From NCBI GenBank assembly GCA_015522935.1, contig WALH01000047.1:1-40007 (forward strand): a DNA stretch of 40,007 bases. The letters run 5' to 3'. Shown here one piece after another: positions 37,159 through 40,007 of this stretch (positions are counted from its first letter, which is position 1; each line of letters opens with the position of its first letter). A program made the translations under genes and the position numbers. Below the pieces are notes generated by a model. The model was not told the DNA's origin. It worked only from the letters and a program-made list of their open reading frames with translations, and searched no databases. This DNA is from DHVE2 group archaeon (GTDB lineage Archaea > Thermoplasmatota > Thermoplasmata > Thermoplasmatales > Aciduliprofundaceae).

Positions 37159-38370
37159 CTATGTGCCCTCTTTCCACTCTTCCAAATATCTTTTCTGCTC
37201 CTCGGTCAGTTCATCGATTTCTATATTCATCGCCTTGAGTTTCAATCTCGCTACCTTGTAATCTATTTCCTCTGGCACCGGGTAAACTCTCTCCTCTAAT
37301 TTTTCGTGATTTTTCGCTATGTATTCCGCTGTTAGCGCTTGAATGGAGAAACTCATATCCATTATTTCCACAGGATGCCCCTGTCCAGCAACAAGATTGA
37401 TTAAACGGCCATCCCCCAAAAGATACAATTTTTTATCTCCCAAATCGTATTCTTCCACGTATCTTCTTATCTCTCTTTTTCTCTTAGCAAGATTGTTTAA
37501 AGCGTTTTTGTTTATTTCATTGTCGAAATGTCCGGCATTCGCAAGGATACAACCATCTTTCATTACGTTAAAATGCTCCTCTCGCACAACGTCCTTCATT
37601 CCGGTTGTTGTGATTATCATATCCGCCTCCTCCGCTGCGTGAATCATCTTCATAACTCTGAAACCGTCCATTCGTGCTTCTATAGCCTTAACTGGATTCA
37701 CCTCTGTGACGATTACATTGGCACCCATTCCTCGCATGCGCATTGCAACCCCTCTCCCGCACCAGCCATAGCCAGCCACAACCACAGTTTTTCCAGCAAT
37801 GCTCAAATTGGTGGCACTCATTATTCCATCCAGCACACTCTGCCCGGTTCCATAGCGGTTATCAAAAAGATGTTTCATTTTGGCATCGTTCACATCGAAC
37901 ATTGGAAAGCGAAGAATTCCTTTTTTCTTCATGACCTTCAACCTCAAAACTCCTGTTGTGGTTTCTTCGTTTCCACCCATAATCGGGATATCCGTGTATT
38001 CTGTGTGAAGCAGAGTGGTTAAATCTCCACCATCATCTATTATTATATCAGGCTCCATTTCAAGCACATGGTATAAATTTTCATAGTATTCCTCCCTCGT
38101 TTCTCCCTTTCTGGCAAAGACCTCAAGCCTCATATCTTGTAGAGCTCCCACAACGTCGTTATCAGTGCTTAGAGGGTTGCAGGATGCAAGGCGAACCTTT
38201 GCACCTCCTTCTCTAAGGGTTAGAGCAAGAATTCCTGTCTTCGCTTCCACGTGGAGAGCCATGCCTATTTTAAGACCTTTGAATGGTTTTTCCCGTGAAA
38301 ATCTCTGAGCTATGGATGATAACACGTCCATATGCTCCTTTGCCCATTCCAACTTTTTTTCTCCTTCCAT
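37159..38370 (-). CDS. ahcY: S-adenosyl-L-homocysteine hydrolase
   Basis: 403 aa. It has an LEWAKEHM N-terminus, the NAD-binding motif VVVAGYGWCGRGVA, and GHFDNEI. Confidence 0.92.
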   Translation of the reverse strand: MEGEKKLEWAKEHMDVLSSIAQRFSREKPFKGLKIGMALHVEAKTGILALTLREGGAKVRLASCNPLSTDNDVVGALQDMRLEVFARKGETREEYYENLYHVLEMEPDIIIDDGGDLTTLLHTEYTDIPIMGGNEETTTGVLRLKVMKKKGILRFPMFDVNDAKMKHLFDNRYGTGQSVLDGIMSATNLSIAGKTVVVAGYGWCGRGVAMRMRGMGANVIVTEVNPVKAIEARMDGFRVMKMIHAAEEADMIITTTGMKDVVREEHFNVMKDGCILANAGHFDNEINKNALNNLAKRKREIRRYVEEYDLGDKKLYLLGDGRLINLVAGQGHPVEIMDMSFSIQALTAEYIAKNHEKLEERVYPVPEEIDYKVARLKLKAMNIEIDELTEEQKRYLEEWKEGT

Positions 38371-38446
38371 GGAGGAGGTATAAGCAAAGAGATATTTGTT
38401 TATTTTCTGTAGAAAAAAAATTATACGTGAAAATCATGGTGTTTTT

Positions 38447-39397
38447 ATGGCTCTAATATTTGGTCCTGTACCCTCAAGACGCCTTGGCAGAAGTTTGGGT
38501 ATTAATAACATACCCGATAAGGTTTGCACATACGCCTGTGTTTACTGTCAGATAGGAACCACGCTGAGAATGGAAATTAAGCGCAGGGAATTCTACGAGC
38601 CGGAGAGGATTTACAGGGAAGTGGAAAAAAGAATGAAGGATATCCGCGAGAAAGTGGATTACATAACATTTGTGCCTGATGGAGAGCCGACACTGGATAA
38701 AAATTTAGGTAAAATTGCTAAAATGCTGCAGGATTTCGGGATTCCAATCGCAATACTCACCAATTCGTCTCTTTTACCGCATGGGGATGTTCGTGATGAC
38801 CTGATGAACTTCGACTTCATATCGTTCAAATTAGATGCTGTGAGCGAAGATATATGGAGGAGGGTGGACAGGCCTCACAAAAATCTGAATTTGGAAAAAA
38901 TACTAAACTCGCTTCTAGATTTCCGACGCGAGTTCTCAGGGAAAGTTGTGACGGAAACCATGCTTATAAACAAAATAAATTACGAAAAGGAAATTTCTAA
39001 AATGGCGGAATTTTTAAAAGAGCTTAAGCCTGATATTGCCTATGTAGCTGTACCTACAAGACCTCCGGCAGAGAAGTGGGTCAAACCTGCAGATGAATAC
39101 ACCGTACATCATGCATATTTGGAGTTCTCCAGCGTAACAAAAACGGAACTTCTGATTGGGTATGAAGGAAACGAGTTCTCATCCACAGGCAATTTTAGGG
39201 AGGATGTGCTGAACATAACTGCTGTACACCCAATGCGCGAAGATGCAGTCTTGGCACTGATAAGAAAATGCAATGAAAGCCGTGATACTTTAGAAAATAT
39301 GATTGAAAGTGGTGAAATATTGGTAGTAGAATACCAAGGCAAAAAATACTATATGCGTTCTCTTCCAAGCAGGCACGCTACTTCATCCCATTTTTAG
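38447..39397 (+). CDS. Radical SAM protein (function unassigned)
   Basis: It has the CxxxCxxC cluster CTYACVYCQ preceded by GPVPSRRLGRSLGIN. The ATG at 38447 is preferred over the longer ORF that starts at 38396. Confidence 0.75.
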   Translation: MALIFGPVPSRRLGRSLGINNIPDKVCTYACVYCQIGTTLRMEIKRREFYEPERIYREVEKRMKDIREKVDYITFVPDGEPTLDKNLGKIAKMLQDFGIPIAILTNSSLLPHGDVRDDLMNFDFISFKLDAVSEDIWRRVDRPHKNLNLEKILNSLLDFRREFSGKVVTETMLINKINYEKEISKMAEFLKELKPDIAYVAVPTRPPAEKWVKPADEYTVHHAYLEFSSVTKTELLIGYEGNEFSSTGNFREDVLNITAVHPMREDAVLALIRKCNESRDTLENMIESGEILVVEYQGKKYYMRSLPSRHATSSHF

Positions 39398-39463
39398 GAC
39401 ATTCTACGCATATGTGTAGAAACACTTTTATACCCTCTCATATTTTGTTGACACGTGATTCAA

Positions 39464-39763
39464 ATGGTGAGTGAGGAAGAGGTTTGGAAAGCTCTCAAAG
39501 AAATAGTCGATCCTGAAATTGATGCCAGCTTGGTTGATTTAGGCTTGATATACGAGGTTAGAGTTGATAATGGAACGGATGTGTATGTTAAGATGACTCT
39601 AACGGTGCCGGGTTGTCCTCTCATAAACATTCTTCCGGCTCAGGTGGAGGAGAGATTAAAGGAACTTGAAAATGTGAAGAATGTGAGAGTCGAGATTACA
39701 TTTGACCCGCCATGGACTCCTGACAGGATGAGCAAAGAGCTAAGGGAATTATACGGGGTTTGA
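39464..39763 (+). CDS. DUF59 / MIP18-family Fe-S assembly protein (SufT/PaaD-like)
   Basis: The pattern VWKALKEIVDPEI..SLVDLGLIY...VKMTLTVPGCP is typical of DUF59. The ATG at 39464 is preferred over the GTG at 39455. Confidence 0.7.
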   Translation: MVSEEEVWKALKEIVDPEIDASLVDLGLIYEVRVDNGTDVYVKMTLTVPGCPLINILPAQVEERLKELENVKNVRVEITFDPPWTPDRMSKELRELYGV

Positions 39764-39785
39764 TTTTAAAAGCAATCGAAAAATC

Positions 39786-39793
39786 TTTAAATA
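39786..39793 (+). promoter_or_regulatory. TATA box (TTTAAATA) for tRNA-Asn
   Basis: A consensus TATA element lies 22 nt upstream of the mature tRNA 5' end. Confidence 0.5.
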
Positions 39794-39815
39794 TCCTCTC
39801 ATTATGGGATTCGAA

Positions 39816-39889
39816 GCCGCCGTAGCTTAGCTGGCTGGAGCGCCCGGCTGTTAACCGGGAGGTCGCAGGTTCGAACCCTGCCGGCGGCG
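39816..39889 (+). tRNA. tRNA-Asn (anticodon GUU)
   Basis: The manual cloverleaf has acceptor GCCGCCG/CGGCGGC, D stem GCTT/GAGC, anticodon stem CCCGG/CCGGG with loop CTGTTAA, T arm GCAGG-TTCGAAC-CCTGC, and discriminator G. CCA is not encoded. Confidence 0.9.
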
Positions 39890-39941
39890 CTGCTTTGGTT
39901 GCTTATTAAAACTATTTAAGTATAGATGAAATTACCGTATC

Positions 39942-40007
39942 ATGGGTGAAATGAGAGAACGTGCGGAAAGAATGAACTTTCAAGTTGTTTACAAGCCCCA
40001 CAGGATA
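39942..40007 (+). CDS. 5' end of an unidentified ORF that runs off the right edge
   Basis: An ATG is followed by 22 open codons (MGEMRERAERMNFQVVYKPHRI). A TATA-like sequence, CTATTTAAGTATA, lies upstream. The fragment is too short to identify. Confidence 0.2.
   Translation, partial: MGEMRERAERMNFQVVYKPHRI

Noticed and set aside
39816-40007. tRNA-Asn followed by an unknown ORF, as a possible integration hot-spot.
   Set aside because: Only 22 codons of the ORF are visible, and no repeat of the tRNA 3' half was seen in the window. The question cannot be evaluated from this sequence.

Overview
This is a compact, AT-rich archaeal chromosomal segment. Genes overlap frequently, many appear leaderless or carry GGTGAT-type Shine-Dalgarno sites, and the 16S rRNA and tRNA genes are conspicuously GC-rich, which is the usual pattern in thermophiles. 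Inference only: the unlinked 16S gene and its sequence features suggest a Thermoplasmata-related or DHVE2-like euryarchaeon.

Most of the content is housekeeping:
- feoB with a wHTH-FeoA fusion gene.
- An isopentenyl phosphate kinase paired with a polyprenol-kinase-like membrane protein.
- A molybdate/tungstate ABC transporter.
- A locus of an Lrp-RAM protein, an amino-acid permease, an NADH oxidase and a four-subunit proline-dehydrogenase-like complex.
- The c-di-AMP cyclase dacZ.
- The S12-S7-EF2-EF1alpha-S10 cluster.
- An orphan 16S rRNA gene with a textbook bulge-helix-bulge processing stem.
- leuCD-like genes, an MFS transporter, xerA and a geranylgeranyl reductase.
- An L40e gene that is absent from the ORF track.
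- pcp-pncB-pncA, mbf1, an HTH-PRTase regulator, tRNA-Gly, ahcY, a radical SAM gene, a DUF59 gene and tRNA-Asn.

I saw no CRISPR array, transposase, prophage or recognisable defence genes.

The least explained parts are:
1. A box C/D-like (K-turn) module that makes up the 5' leader of the HTH-PRTase regulator gene.
2. The adjacent hairpin-dense non-coding region of about 400 bp, which contains repeats spaced 95 bp apart.
3. 32-nt direct repeats bracketing the NADH-oxidase gene, one of which duplicates the 3' end of the dehydrogenase beta-subunit gene.
4. A tightly coupled operon of poorly characterised genes: a KaiC-like ATPase with a GKP Walker A motif, a CGGC protein, a NAD-kinase-like protein and an aminotransferase.
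5. A V4R-like sensor gene next to an orphan cytoplasmic PAS-GAF-PAS histidine kinase.

All functional calls rest on motif recognition by eye; no database search was possible.
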